From NCBI RefSeq assembly GCF_035084215.1, contig NW_027139558.1, positions 1 to 64,000 on the forward strand: a stretch of 64,000 bases of DNA, read 5' to 3'. The DNA is from Heptranchias perlo. Its lineage: Eukaryota. How positions within the stretch are numbered: position 1 is the stretch's first letter; each line of letters opens with the position of its first letter. The position numbers were made by a program, and so were the translations under genes. This document shows, one piece after another, positions 38,271 through 52,000 of this stretch. Under the pieces are notes generated by a model. It saw only the letters and a list, made by a program, of their open reading frames with translations. It made no database searches and was not told where the DNA came from.

Positions 38271-39428
38271 CAGTGTTACGAGTGTGGGTGTGATACACGT
38301 ACACCTGGTGCTGTTACTGCTGCAGGTATAGTACTAATACTTCACATGGTGTTACTCGTGTGGGTGTGATACACGTACACCTGGTGCTGTTACTGCTGCA
38401 GGTATAGTACTAATACTTCACATGGTGTTACTAGTGTGGGTGTGATACACGGACACCTGGTGCTGTTACTGCTGCAGGTATAGTACTAATACTTCACATG
38501 GTGTTTAGTGTGGGTGTGATACACGTACACCTGGTGCTGTTACTGCTGCAGGTATAGTACTAATACTTCACATGGTGTTACTGGTCTGGGTGTGATATAC
38601 GTACACCTGGTGCTGTTACTGCTGCAGGTATAGTACTAATACTTCACATGGTGTTACTAGTGTGGGTGTGATACACGTACACCTGGTGCTGTTACTGCTG
38701 CAGGTATAGTACTAATACTTCACATGGTGTTACTCGTGTGGGTATGATACACGTACACCCGGTGCTGTTACTGCTGCAGGTATATTACTAATACTTCACA
38801 TGGTGTTACTAGTGTGGGTGTGATACACGTACACCTGGTGCTGTTACTGCTGCAGGTATAGTACTAATACTTCACATGGTGTTACTCGTGTGGGTGTGAT
38901 ACACGTACACCCGGTGCTGTTACTGCTGCAGGTATAGTACTAATACTTCACATGGTGTTTAGTGCGGGTGTGATACACGTACACCCGGTGCTGTTACTGC
39001 TGCAGGTATAGTACTAATACTTCACATGGTGTTACTAGTGTGGGTGTGATACACGTACACCTGGTGCTGTTACTGCTGCAGGTATAGTACTAATACTTCA
39101 CATGGTGTTACTGGTCTGGGTGTGATATACGTGCACCTGGTGCTGTTACTGCTGCAGGTATATTACTAATACTTCACATGGTGTTACTAGTGTGGGTGTG
39201 ATACACGTACACCTGGTGCTGTTACTGCTGCAGGTATAGTACTAATACTTCACATGGTGTTACGAGTGTGGGTGTGATACACGTACACCTGGTGCTGTTA
39301 CTGCTGCAGGTATAGTACTAATACTTCACATGGTGTTACGAGTGTGGGTGTGATACACGTACACCTGGTGCTGTTACTGCTGCAGGTATAGTACTAATAC
39401 TTTAGATGGTGTTTAGTGCGGGTGTGTT
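38271..39428. repeat. 76-bp minisatellite (about 15 units; two diverged 38-bp halves)
   Basis: Period of 76 measured between 38282 and 38358; unit ggtgttactagtgtgggtgtgatacacgtacacctggt-gctgttactgctgcaggtatagtactaatacttcacat. Confidence 0.95.
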
Positions 39429-39772
39429 ATTCTGACATCTGATGGTGTTCCTGACGGTGTTTCACTCCTACACTAGATGGCATTATTGGGACATGTCGTC
39501 CTGCCAATGGAAACAGTCTATTGACGGTGACCTTGCCTGTTCATTTGATCATTTTGAACACCTCGATCACATATCCTGGGTTCCAATTCGAGTCTGACAT
39601 CGATCCCATCTCAGGTTCAGGGTCTCCACTCCCGTTAAGCAGTCTTGGAATCTTAATATTGAGGCAGTTGATTCCCGCTGCCCTGGATCGACTCGTCCCA
39701 CAGTGAGACCCGGGGATGGAACAGTGATCTCCCCCTTGTGATCCCCACCCCACACTCATGTCTTCTGCGCCT
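39429..39772 (+). repeat. Left arm of a near-identical inverted repeat (right arm about 42545-42883)
   Basis: ORF 39521-39706(+) is identical in protein to 42606-42791(-); the DNA matches as a reverse complement with few mismatches. Confidence 0.95.
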
Positions 39773-39784
39773 GGATCTCCTGAG

Positions 39785-40225
39785 CCTGGGCTCAGTGGGG
39801 ATCACTCTCGCCTCAGAGTCAGAAAGGTCATGGGTTCAAACCCCATTCCAGAGACTTGAGCCCATAATCCCAGCTGACACTCACTGAGGGAGAGCTGCAC
39901 TGTCGGAGGTGCCGTCCTTCGGGTGAGACGTTAAACCGAGGCCCCGCCTGCCCTCTCAGGTGGGTGGAAAAGATCCCATGGGACCATTTCGAAGAAGAGC
40001 TGGGAAGTTCTCCCCGGTGTCCAGGGCCAATATTTATCCCTCAACCAACATAATTAAATAACAAATTATCTGGTCATTTTATCTCATTGCTGTTTGTGGG
40101 ATCTTGCTGTGCGCAAATTGGCTCCCGCCTTTCCTACATTACAACAGTGACTGCACTTCAGAAAATCCTGAATTGTCTGTAAAGCTCTTTGGGAGGTCCT
40201 GAGGTTTGTGAAAGGCTCTGTATGA
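39785..40225 (+). mobile_element. tRNA-derived Deu-domain SINE (SacSINE1-like)
   Basis: A/B-box head gctcagtgg...ggttcaa; Deu core tgtcggaggtgccgtccttcgggtgagacgttaaaccgagg; conserved tail. Confidence 0.8.
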
Positions 40226-40764
40226 AGGAAAGTTCCCGGGGGTTACTGTGAGAGGAGGTGAACTTTGGTTCGATTTGTTTGCTGCTTTATTCCAAAGCCG
40301 GGTGAGATGTTCAGAACAACAGGGACAATCAGAGTCACTTCATTCAATCAGTCCAGCTCACATTCGAGTGATGAAAGGGTCTCGAGAATCCACTGTCCTC
40401 CCACCACCTGGGAGGGGAATCTTGATCCAAACAGAATAACTCCTCTGCAGAACCTCTCTCTCTGCAGTTCCCCCGTCTTCACTGAACCTTCGAGCAGCAC
40501 TCGGCTGCCCGCCTGACTGGGCAGCCTTCTGTTTCCAAAAGCCTGACTGCCTCTCTTGGTGTCTGCGTCCCGCTCCTAAAAGCTCTGTGTTAAAAGACCC
40601 CCCTCTCGCAGACTGACAGAGATCAAAGGGTTTTCGAACACAATGTGGGGAGAGGCGTCTTTCCCAAAACCCAGACAAATGAAACACTTATTGTCTGGTC
40701 TCTGGGAGAGACAACTCCCGATCAGCAAATTACCCACCGGCCGTCTAGGAGTCTCTGTTTCTTT

Positions 40765-41090
40765 GATTAATTCTCGGGGTGTGGGGCACCGCTGGGCAAG
40801 GCCGGCATTTATTGCCCGTCTCGAGTTGCCCTGAGAAGGTGGGGGTGGGCCTTCATCTTGAACCGCTGGTCGTGGTTTCATGCAAATTAATATCTTGCTC
40901 GTTCACTTCAGAGGGCAGCTAAGAGTCAACCAGGTTGGTGTGGGACTGGAGTCACGTATAGGCCGGACTGGGGAAGGACGGCAGGTTCCCCACAGGTAGT
41001 TCCTGAAGCAGTTGGGTCTTTACGATAATCCGACAGCTCCACGGTCACTTTTCCTGATCCGAACTTTTTATTTCCAGATTTATTCCGGGT
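40765..41090. mobile_element. Dispersed retroelement-type fragment (related piece at about 55700-55860)
   Basis: Shares ctggagtcac.tataggcc.gac and tccgacag...ggtcacttttcctgatcc...ttccaga with 55705-55830; family not determined. Confidence 0.55.
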
Positions 41091-41591
41091 TCTACCATCG
41101 GGGCCGTCTCCACCTGTCCCTCAGCCGTCTAGACCAGGGAACCGCACCCATGGAATGACATAACATGTCCCCGTCTGTCTGTGCACCATGTGGGCTCCCA
41201 TGTCTCCTCTCCCTTGAGCAGGTAAGACACATAAAGCTGGTTCCTCCTGCATGCTTTTGGGGGCAGGCCTCAGGGCCCAAACCCCCTGCTACCCCCTGGG
41301 GATCTTAACCCACCCTCTCTGAATATGGAGCCTTTTTAAATTCAGCTCTCCCTCTCTCTGAGCCCTCTGGCGGGGCTGGGAGTTTGCCCCTCCTCCTTGG
41401 TTTGTCCGTCCCGAGCTGGAATCTCAAGGTCGAGGGGGAAATGGTGAATCTTTATAAACCGACAGTAAGACCACAGTCGGAGCACTGTGTGCAGTGTGGG
41501 GATCCACACTGTGTTGAGGCAATCGAGACGGTGCAGCAAACATTCATTAAGATGCTGCCTGGTGTGAAAATAAAAACAAGAACAAAGCTGT

Positions 41592-41913
41592 TTCCCCTCA
41601 CGGTCTCTCCGATTCCCCTCACGGTCTCTCTGATTCCCCTCGCGGTCTCTCCGTTTCCCCTCACGGTCTCTCTGATTCCCCTTGCGGTCTCTCCGTTTCC
41701 CCTCACGGTCTCTCTGATTCCCCTCGCGGTCTCTCCGTTTCCCCTCACGGTCTCTCCGATTCCCCTCACGGTGTCTCCGATTCCCCTCGCGGTCTCTCCG
41801 TTTCCCCTCACGGTCTCTCTGATTCCCCTCACGGTGTCTCCGATTCCTCTCACGGTCTCTCTGATTCCCCTCACGGTCTCTCTGATTCGCCTCACGGTCT
41901 CTCCGATTCCCCT
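41592..41913. repeat. 21-bp minisatellite (about 15 units; cccctcacggtctctccgatt) between CR1 remnants
   Basis: Directly visible; a CR1-like piece at 41415-41570 (LYKPTVRPQSEHCVQ) and a CR1 tail at 41914-42030. Confidence 0.9.
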
Positions 41914-42084
41914 CATAGAATCATTGAATGGTTACAGCACAGAAGGAGGCCATTCTGCCCATCCAGCCCGTGCTGGCTCTTTGTAAGACCAATCCAGTTG
42001 GTCCCATTCCCCCGCCCTTTCCCCGTGAGTTTACAAATCGATCCCAAGTTCCCCTCCTCTTCCTGTAACTGGCAGTAACTTCCA

Positions 42085-42530
42085 TTCATACAGTGCCTTT
42101 CACAACCTCAGGACCAAAGTGATTTACAGACAATTAATTACTTTTTGAAGTGTAATCACTGTTGTCATGTGGGAAACGCGGCCGCCATGTTATGCACAGC
42201 AAGATCCCACAAACAGCAATGAGATAAAATGATCAGATAATCTATTTTAATGATATTGGTTCAGGGATAAATATTGGCCCAGGACACCGGGGAGAACTCC
42301 CCTGCTCTTCTTCCAATAGTGGCCGTGGGATCTTTTCTATCCACCGGAGAGGGGCAGACAGGGCCTCGGTTTAACGTCCCATCCGAAAGACGGCACCTCC
42401 GGCAGTGCAGCACTCCCTCAGCACTGCACCGAAGTGTCAGCCTAGATTAGGGCCTCAAGTCTCTGGAGTGGGCCTTGAACCCACGACCTTGTGACTCAGA
42501 GGTGAGAGTGATCCCCACTGAGCCCAGGCT
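42085..42530 (-). mobile_element. Deu-domain SINE (SacSINE1-like), inverted relative to 39785-40225
   Basis: cctcggtttaacgtcccatccgaaagacggcacctcc is the reverse complement of the Deu core. Confidence 0.8.
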
Positions 42531-42544
42531 GAGAGGCCCAGGTG

Positions 42545-42883
42545 GAAAAGACATGAGTGTGGGGTGGGGATCACAAGGGGGAGATCACAGTTCCATCCCC
42601 GGGTCTCACTGTGGGACGAGTCGATCCAGGGCAGCGGGAATCAACTGCCTTAATATTAAGATTCCCAGACTGCTTAACGGGAGTGGAGACCCTGAACCTG
42701 AGATGGGATCGATGTCAGACTCGAATTGGAACCCAGGATATGTGATCGAGGTGTTCAAAATGATCAAATGAACAGGCAAGGTCACCGTCAATAGACTGTT
42801 TCCATTGGCAGGACTACATGTCCCAATAATGGCATCTAGTGTAGGAGTGAAACACCGTCAGGAACACCATCAGATGTCGGAAT
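42545..42883 (-). repeat. Right arm of the near-identical inverted repeat
   Basis: Reverse complement of 39429-39772. Confidence 0.95.
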
Positions 42884-43110
42884 TTATTTTAATATTTCAA
42901 AATATACTTTATTTCATCAAATTTAAAGACACCACAATTCCAAGGCCACACATTTCAAAACAATACAACACGGATCGTAAACAATACGATTCCAAATATT
43001 ACAATTTAAAAACACAGAGCATATCTCCGAATACATTCTGTACGATACAGGGTGGGGTGGCCTCACACGGTGGACTCTCCCCATACAGCCATTGTGTTGG
43101 CCGCATTAGT
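42884..43110 (-). mobile_element. Tx1/L1-type LINE 3' tail
   Basis: Reverse complement resembles 33280-33510 (ggctgtatggggagag.ccaccgtgtgagg.cacccca). Confidence 0.7.
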
Positions 43111-43126
43111 AACACCATGCAAAGAA

Positions 43127-43355
43127 GGGACTGAGAGACACCAGTCAGTGTACAGATATCATCCTGAGAGAGAGAGGGACTGAGAGACACCAGTCAGTGT
43201 ACAGATATCATCCTGAGAGAGAGGGACTGAGAGACACCAGTCAGTGTACAGATATCACCCTGAGGGAGAGGGACTGAGAGACACCAGTCAGTGTACAGAT
43301 ATCACCCTGAGAGAGAGGGACTGAGAGACACCAGTCAGTGTACAGATATCTCCCT
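43127..43355. repeat. 47-49-bp minisatellite, 5 copies (gggactgagagacaccagtcagtgtacagatatc...)
   Basis: Directly visible. Confidence 0.9.
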
Positions 43356-46300
43356 GTTCACAGAATTGATACCAGATCTAGACCAGTAATACTGTCAGGA
43401 GTAGAAATACCAGATCTAGACCAGTAACACTGTCAGGATTAGAAATACCAGATCTAGACCAGTAACACTGTCAGGATTAGAAATACCAGATCTAGACCAG
43501 TCATACTGTCAGGATTAGAAATACCAGATCTAGACCAGTGACACTGTCAGGATTAGAAATACCAGATCTGGACCAGTAATACTGTCAGGATTAGAAATAC
43601 CAGATCTGGACCAGTAATACTGTCAGGATTAGAAATACCAGATCTAGACCAGTAATACTGTCAGGATTAGAAATACCAGATCTCGACCAGTAACACTGTC
43701 AGGATTAGAAATACCAGATCTAGACCAGTAATACTGTCAGGATTAGAAATACCAGATCTGGACCAGTAATACTGTCAGGATTAGAAATACCAGATCTAGA
43801 CCAGTAATACTGTCAGGATTAGAAATACCAGATCTAGACCAGTAATACTGTCAGGATTAGAAATACCAGATCTGGACCAGTAACAGTGTCAGGATTAGAA
43901 ATACCAGATCTAGACCAGTCATACTGTCAGGATTAGAAATACCAGATCAAGACCAGTAACACTGTCAGGATTAGAAATACCAGATCTGGACCAGTAACAC
44001 TGTCAGGATTAGAAATACCAGATCTAGACCAGTAATACTGTCAGGATTAGAAATACCAGATCTGGACCAGTAATACTGTCAGGATTAGAAATACCAGATC
44101 TAGACCAGTGACACTGTCAGGATTAGAAATACCAGATCTGGACCAGTAATACTGTCAGGATTAGAAATACCAGATCTGGACCAGTAACACTGTCAGGATT
44201 AGAAATACCAGATCTAGACCAGTAATACTGTCAGGATTGGAAATACCAGATCGAGACCAGTGACACTGTCAGGATTAGAAATACCAGATCTGGACCAGTA
44301 ATACTGTCAGGATTAGAAATACCAGATTGAGACCAGTAACACTGTCAGGATTAGAAATACCAGATCTAGACCAGTAATACTGTCAGGATTAGAAATACCA
44401 GATCTGGACCAGTGACACTGTCAGGATTAGAAATACCAGATCGAGACCAGTAATACTGTCAGGATTAGAAATACCAGATCTAGACCAGTAATACTGTCAG
44501 GATTAGAAATACCAGATCTGGACCAGTAATACTGTCAGGATTAGAAATACCAGATCTGGACCAGTAACACTGTCAGGATTAGAAATACCAGATCTAGACC
44601 AGTAATACTGTCAGGATTAGAAATACCAGATCTAGACCAGTAATACTGTCAGGATTAGAAATACCAGATCTAGACCAGTAACACTGTCAGGATTAGAAAT
44701 ACCAGATCTAGACCAGTAATACTGTCAGGATTAGAAATACCAGATCTAGACCAGTAATACTGTCAGGATTAGAAATACCAGATCTAGACCAGTCATACTG
44801 TCAGGATTAGAAATACCAGATCTCGACCAGTAATACTGTCAGGATTAGAAATACCAGATCAAGACCAGTAACACTGTCAGGATTAGAAATACCAGATCTA
44901 GACCAGTAACACTGTCAGGATTAGAAATACCAGATCTAGACCAGTAATACTGTCAGGATTAGAAATACCAGATCTAGACCAGTAATACTGTCAGGATTAG
45001 AAATACCAGATCTAGACCAGTCATACTGTCAGGATTAGAAATACCAGATCTCGACCAGTAATACTGTCAGGATTAGAAATACCAGATCTCGACCAGTAAC
45101 ACTGTCAGGATTAGCAATACCAGATCTAGACCAGTAATACTGTCAGGATTAGAAATACCAGATCTAGACCAGTGACACTGTCAGGATTAGAAATACCAGA
45201 TCTGGACCAGTAATACTGTCAGGATTAGAAATACCAGATCTGGACCAGTAACACTGTCAGGATTAGAAATACCAGATCTAGACCAGTAACACTGTCAGGA
45301 TTAGAAATACCAGATCTAGACCAGTAACACTGTCAGGATTAGAAATACCAGATCTAGACCAGTAACACTGTCAGGATTAGAAATACCAGATCTAGACCAG
45401 TGACACTGTCAGGATTAGAAATACCAGATCTGGACCAGTAATACTGTCAGGATTAGAAATACCAGATCTGGACCAGTAATACTGTCAGGATTAGAAATAC
45501 CAGATCTAGACCAGTAATACTGTCAGGATTAGAAATACCAGATCTGGACCAGTAATACTGTCAGGATTAGAAATACCAGATCTAGACCAGTAATACTGTC
45601 AGGATTAGAAATACCAGATCTCGACCAGTAATACTGTCAGGATTAGAAATACCAGATCTGGACCAGTAACACTGTCAGGATTAGAAATACCAGATCTAGA
45701 CCAGTAACACTGTCAGGATTAGAAATACCAGATCTAGACCAGTAATACAGTCAGGATTGGAAATACCTGATCTAGACCAGTACTACTGTCAGGATTGGAA
45801 ATACCAGATCTAGACCAGTAACACTGTCAGGATTATAAATACCAGATCTGGACCAGTAATACTGTCAGGATTAGAAATACCAGATCTAGACCAGTAACAC
45901 TGTCAGGATTGGAAATACCAGATCTAGACCAGTAATACTGTCAGGATTAGAAATACCAGATCTGGACCAGTAACAGTGTCAGGATTAGAAATACCAGATC
46001 TAGACCAGTCATACTGTCAGGATTAGAAATACCAGATCAAGACCAGTAACACTGTCAGGATTAGAAATACCAGATCTGGACCAGTAACACTGTCAGGATT
46101 AGAAATACCAGATCTAGACCAGTGACACTGTCAGGATTAGAAATACCAGATCTGGACCAGTAATACTGTCAGGATTAGAAATACCAGATCTGGACCAGTA
46201 ATACTGTCAGGATTAGAAATACCAGATCTAGACCAGTAATACTGTCAGGATTAGAAATACCAGATCTCGACCAGTAACACTGTCAGGATTAGAAATACCA

Positions 46301-47337
46301 GATCTAGACCAGTAATACTGTCAGGATTAGAAATACCAGATCTGGACCAGTAATACTGTCAGGATTAGAAATACCAGATCTGGACCAGTAACACGGTCAG
46401 GATTAGAAATACCAGATCTCGACCAGTAACACTGTCAGTATTAGAAATACCGGATCTAGACCAGTAATACTGTCAGGATTAGAAATACCAGATCTAGACC
46501 AGTAATACTGTCAGGATTAGAAATACCAGATCTAGACCAGTAATACTGTCAGGATTAGAAATACCAGATCTAGACCAGTAACACTGTCAGGATTAGAAAT
46601 ACCAGATCTAGACCAGTAATACTGTCAGGATTAGAAATACCAGATCTAGACCAGTAATACTGTCAGGATTAGAAATACCAGATCTAGACCAGTAACACTG
46701 TCAGGATTAGAAATACCAGATTGAGACCAGTAACACTGTCAGGATTAGAAATACCAGATCTAGACCAGTCATACTGTCAGGATTAGAAATACCAGATCTA
46801 GACCAGTAATACTGTCAGGATTAGATATACCAGATCTAGACCAGTAATACTGTCAGGATTAGAAATACCAGATCTAGACCAGTAATACTGTCAGGATTAG
46901 AAATACCAGATCTAGACCAGCGACACTGTCAGGATTAGAAATACCAGATCTAGACCAGTAATACTGTCAGGATTAGAAATCCCAGATCTAGACCAGTAAT
47001 ACTGTCAGGATTAGATATAGTAGATCTGGACCAGTAACACTGTTAGGATTAGAAATACCAGATCTAGACCAGTAATACTGTCAGGATTAGAAATACCAGA
47101 TCTAGACCAGTAATACTGTCAGGATTAGAAATACCAGATCTGGACCAGTAACACTGTCAGGATTAGAAATACCAGATCTAGACCAGTGACACTGTCAGGA
47201 TTAGAAATACCAGATCTGGACCAGTAATACTGTCAGGATTAGAAATACCAGATCTGGACCAGTAACACTGTCAGGATTAGAAATACCAGATCTAGACCAG
47301 TAATACTGTCAGGATTAGCAATACCAGATCTAGACCA

Positions 47338-47440
47338 TTGTAAACAATTTTACAACACCAAGTTATAGTCCAGCAATTTTATTTTAAATTCACAAGCTTT
47401 CGGAGATTTTCTCCTTCCTCAGGCAAGAGGAAGGAGAATA
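47338..47440 (-). mobile_element. Penelope 3'-terminal fragment with hammerhead core, embedded in the 38-bp satellite (copy 1)
   Basis: Matches 1079-1164 (ttgtaaacaatttt...ttcctcagg), followed by a 12-bp inversion gaggaaggagaa. Confidence 0.92.
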
Positions 47441-48944
47441 TAGATATACTAGATCTGGACCAGTAACACTGTCAGGATTAGAAATACCAGATCTAGACCA
47501 GTAATACTGTCAGGATTAGAAATACCAGATCTAGACCAGTAATACTGTCAGGATTAGAAATACCAGATCTGGACCAGTAACACTGTCAGGATTAGAAATA
47601 CCAGATCTAGACCAGTGACACTGTCAGGATTAGAAATACCAGATCTGGACCAGTCATACTGTCAGGATTAGAAATACCAGATCTAGACCAGTCATACTGT
47701 CAGGATTAGAAATACCAGATCTGGACCAGTAATACTGTCAGGATTAGCAATACCAGATCTAGACCAGTGACACTGTCAGGATTAGCAATACCAGATCTAG
47801 ACCAGTAATACTGTCAGGATTAGAAATACCAGATCTGGACCAGTAATACTGTCAGGATTAGAAATACCAGATCTGGACCAGTAATACTGTCAGGATTAGA
47901 AATACCAGATCTAGACCAGTAATACTGTCAGGATTAGAAATACCAGATCTAGACCAGTGACACTGTCAGGATTAGAAATACCAGATCTAGACCAGTCATA
48001 CTGTCAGGATTAGAAATACCAGATCTAGACCAGTGACACTGTCAGGATTAGAAATACCAGATCTGGACCAGTAACACGGTCAGGATTAGAAATACCAGAT
48101 CTCGACCAGTAACACTGTCAGTATTAGAAATACCAGATCTAGACCAGTAATACTGTCAGGATTAGAAATACCAGATCTAGACCAGTAATACTGTCAGGAT
48201 TAGAAATACCAGATCTGGACCAGTCATACTGTCAGGATTAGAAATACCAGATCTAGACCAGTAATACTGTCAGGATTAGAAATACCAGATCTAGACCAGT
48301 AACACTGTCAGGATTAGAAATACCAGATTGAGACCAGTAACACTGTCAGGATTAGAAATACCAGATCTAGACCAGTCATACTGTCAGGATTAGAAATACC
48401 AGATCTGGACCAGTAATACTGTCAGGATTAGATATACCAGATCTAGACCAGTAATACTGTCAGGATTAGAAATACCAGATCTAGACCAGTAATACTGTCA
48501 GGATTAGAAATACCAGATCTAGACCAGCGACACTGTCAGGATTAGAAATACCAGATCTAGACCAGTAATACTGTCAGGATTAGAAATCCCAGATCTAGAC
48601 CAGTAATACTGTCAGGATTAGATATACTAGATCTGGACCAGTAACACTGTTAGGATTAGAAATACCAGATCTAGACCAGTAATACTGTCAGGATTAGAAA
48701 TACCAGATCTTGACCAGTAATACTGTCAGGATTAGAAATACCAGATCTGGACCAGTAACACTGTCAGGATTAGAAATACCAGATCTAGACCAGTGACACT
48801 GTCAGGATTAGAAATACCAGATCTGGACCAGTAATACTGTCAGGATTAGAAATACCAGATCTGGACCAGTAACACTGTCAGGATTAGAAATACCAGATCT
48901 AGACCAGTAATACTGTCAGGATTAGCAATACCAGATCTAGACCA

Positions 48945-49047
48945 TTGTAAACAATTTTACAACACCAAGTTATAGTCCAGCAATTTTATTTTAAATTCAC
49001 AAGCTTTCGGAGATTTTCTCCTTCCTCAGGCAAGAGGAAGGAGAATA
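48945..49047 (-). mobile_element. Penelope 3'-terminal fragment with hammerhead core (copy 2, +1607 bp)
   Basis: Identical to 47338-47440, including junctions. Confidence 0.92.
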
Positions 49048-52000
49048 TAGATATACTAGATCTGGACCAGTAACACTGTCAGGATTAGAAATACCAGATC
49101 TAGACCAGTAATACTGTCAGGATTAGAAATACCAGATCTAGACCAGTAATACTGTCAGGATTAGAAATACCAGATCTGGACCAGTAACACTGTCAGGATT
49201 AGAAATACCAGATCTAGACCAGTGACACTGTCAGGATTAGAAATACCAGATCTGGACCAGTCATACTGTCAGGATTAGAAATACCAGATCTAGACCAGTC
49301 ATACTGTCAGGATTAGAAATACCAGATCTGGACCAGTAATACTGTCAGGATTAGCAATACCAGATCTAGACCAGTGACACTGTCAGGATTAGCAATACCA
49401 GATCTAGACCAGTAATACTGTCAGGATTAGAAATACCAGATCTAGACCAGTGACACTGTCAGGATTAGAAATACCAGATCTGGACCAGTAATACTGTCAG
49501 GATTAGAAATACCAGATCTGGACCAGTAATACTGTCAGGATTAGAAATACCAGATCTAGACCAGTAATACTGTCAGGATTAGAAATACCAGATCTAGACC
49601 AGTGACACTGTCAGGATTAGAAATACCAGATCTAGACCAGTCATACTGTCAGGATTAGAAATACCAGATCTAGACCAGTAATACTGTCAGGATTAGAAAT
49701 ACCAGATCTAGACCAGTGACACTGTCAGGATTAGAAATACCAGATCTAGACCAGTAATACTGTCAGGATTAGAAATACCAGATCTAGACCAGTAATACTG
49801 TCAGGATTAGAAATACCAGATCTAGACGAGTAATACTGTCAGGATTAGAAATACCAGATCTAGACCAGTAATACTGTCAGGATTAGAAATACCAGATCTA
49901 GACCAGTGACACTGTCAGGATTAGAAATACCAGATCTAGACCAGTAATACTGTCAGGATTAGAAATACCAGATCTAGACCAGTAATACTGTCAGGATTAG
50001 AAATACCAGATCTAGACCAGTAATACTGTCAGGATTAGAAATACCAGATCTAGACCAGTTATACTGTCAGGATTAGAAATACCAGATCTAGACCAGTGAC
50101 ACTGTCAGGATTAGAAATACCAGATCTAGACCAGTAATACTGTCAGGATTAGAAATACCAGATCTGGACCAGTGACACTGTCAGGATTAGAAATACCAGA
50201 TCTGGACCAGTAATACTGTCAGGATTAGAAATACCAGATCTGGACCAGCAATACTGTCAGGATTAGAAATACCAGATCTAGACCAGTAATACTGTCAGGA
50301 TTAGAAATACCAGATCTAGACCAGTGACACTGTCAGGATTAGAAATACCAGATCTAGACCAGTCATACTGTCAGGGTTAGAAATACCAGATCTAGACCAG
50401 TAATACTGTCAGGATTAGAAATACCAGATCTAGACCAGTGACACTGTCAGGATTAGAAATACCAGATCTAGACCAGTAATACTGTCAGGATTAGAAATAC
50501 CAGATCTAGACCAGTAATACTGTCAGGATTAGAAATACCAGATCTAGACCAGTAATACTGTCAGGATTAGAAATACCAGATCTAGACCAGTAATACTGTC
50601 AGGATTAGAAATACCAGATCTAGACCAGTAATACTGTCAGGATTAGAAATACCAGATCTAGACCAGTGACACTGTCAGGATTAGAAATACCAGATCTAGA
50701 CCAGTAATACTGTCAGGATTAGAAATACCAGATCTGGACCAGTGACACTGTCAGGATTAGAAATACCAGATCGAGACCAGTCATACTGTCAGGATTAGAA
50801 ATACCAGATCTGGACCAGTAATACTGTCAGGATTAGAAATACCAGATCTAGACCAGTAATACTGTCAGGATTAGAAATACCAGATCTAGACCAGTAATAC
50901 TGTCAGGATTAGAAATACCAGATCGAGACCAGTAATACTGTCAGGATTAGAAATACCAGATCTAGACCAGTGACACTGTCAGGATTAGAAATACCAGATC
51001 TAGACCAGTAATACTGTCAGGATTAGAAATACCAGATCTAGACCAGTAATACTGTCAGGATTAGAAATACCAGATCTAGACCAGTAATACTGTCAGGATT
51101 AGAAATACCAGATCTAGACCAGTAATACTGTCAGGATTAGAAATACCAGATCTAGACCAGTGACACTGTCAGGATTAGAAATACCAGATCTAGACCAGTA
51201 ATACTGTCAGGATTAGAAATACCAGATCTGGACCAGTGACACTGTCAGGATTAGAAATACCAGATCTGGACCAGTAATACTGTCAGGATTAGAAATACCA
51301 GATCTGGACCAGTAATACTGTCAGGATTAGAAATACCAGATCTAGACCAGTAATACTGTCAGGATTAGAAATACCAGATCTAGACCAGTGACACTGTCAG
51401 GATTAGAAATACCAGATCTAGACCAGTCATACTGTCAGGATTAGAAATACCAGATCTAGACCAGTAATACTGTCAGGATTAGAAATACCAGATCTAGACC
51501 AGTGACACTGTCAGGATTAGAAATACCAGATCTAGACCAGTAATACTGTCAGGATTAGAAATACCAGATCTAGACCAGTAATACTGTCAGGATTAGAAAT
51601 ACCAGATCTAGACCAGTAATACTGTCAGGATTAGAAATACCAGATCTAGACCAGTAATACTGTCAGGATTAGAAATACCAGATCTAGACCAGTGACACTG
51701 TCAGGATTAGAAATACCAGATCTAGACCAGTAATACTGTCAGGATTAGAAATACCAGATCTGGACCAGTGACACTGTCAGGATTAGAAATACCAGATCTA
51801 GACCAGTAATACTGTCAGGATTAGAAATACCAGATCTAGACCAGTGACACTGTCAGGATTAGAAATACCAGATCTGGACCAGTAACACTGTCAGGATTAG
51901 AAATACCAGATCTAGACCAGTCATACTGTCAGGATTAGAAATACCAGATCTAGACCAGTAATACTGTCAGGATTAGAAATACCAGATCTAGACCAGTAAT

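Noticed and set aside
39521-39759. Identical 61-aa ORFs here and at 42606-42791 as a duplicated small gene
   Set aside because: Non-ATG start, no recognisable domain; identity follows from the DNA inverted repeat.
40880-40887. Perfect octamer ATGCAAAT as Ig promoter element
   Set aside because: 13 kb from the V leader and inside a dispersed repeat fragment; expected by chance in 64 kb.
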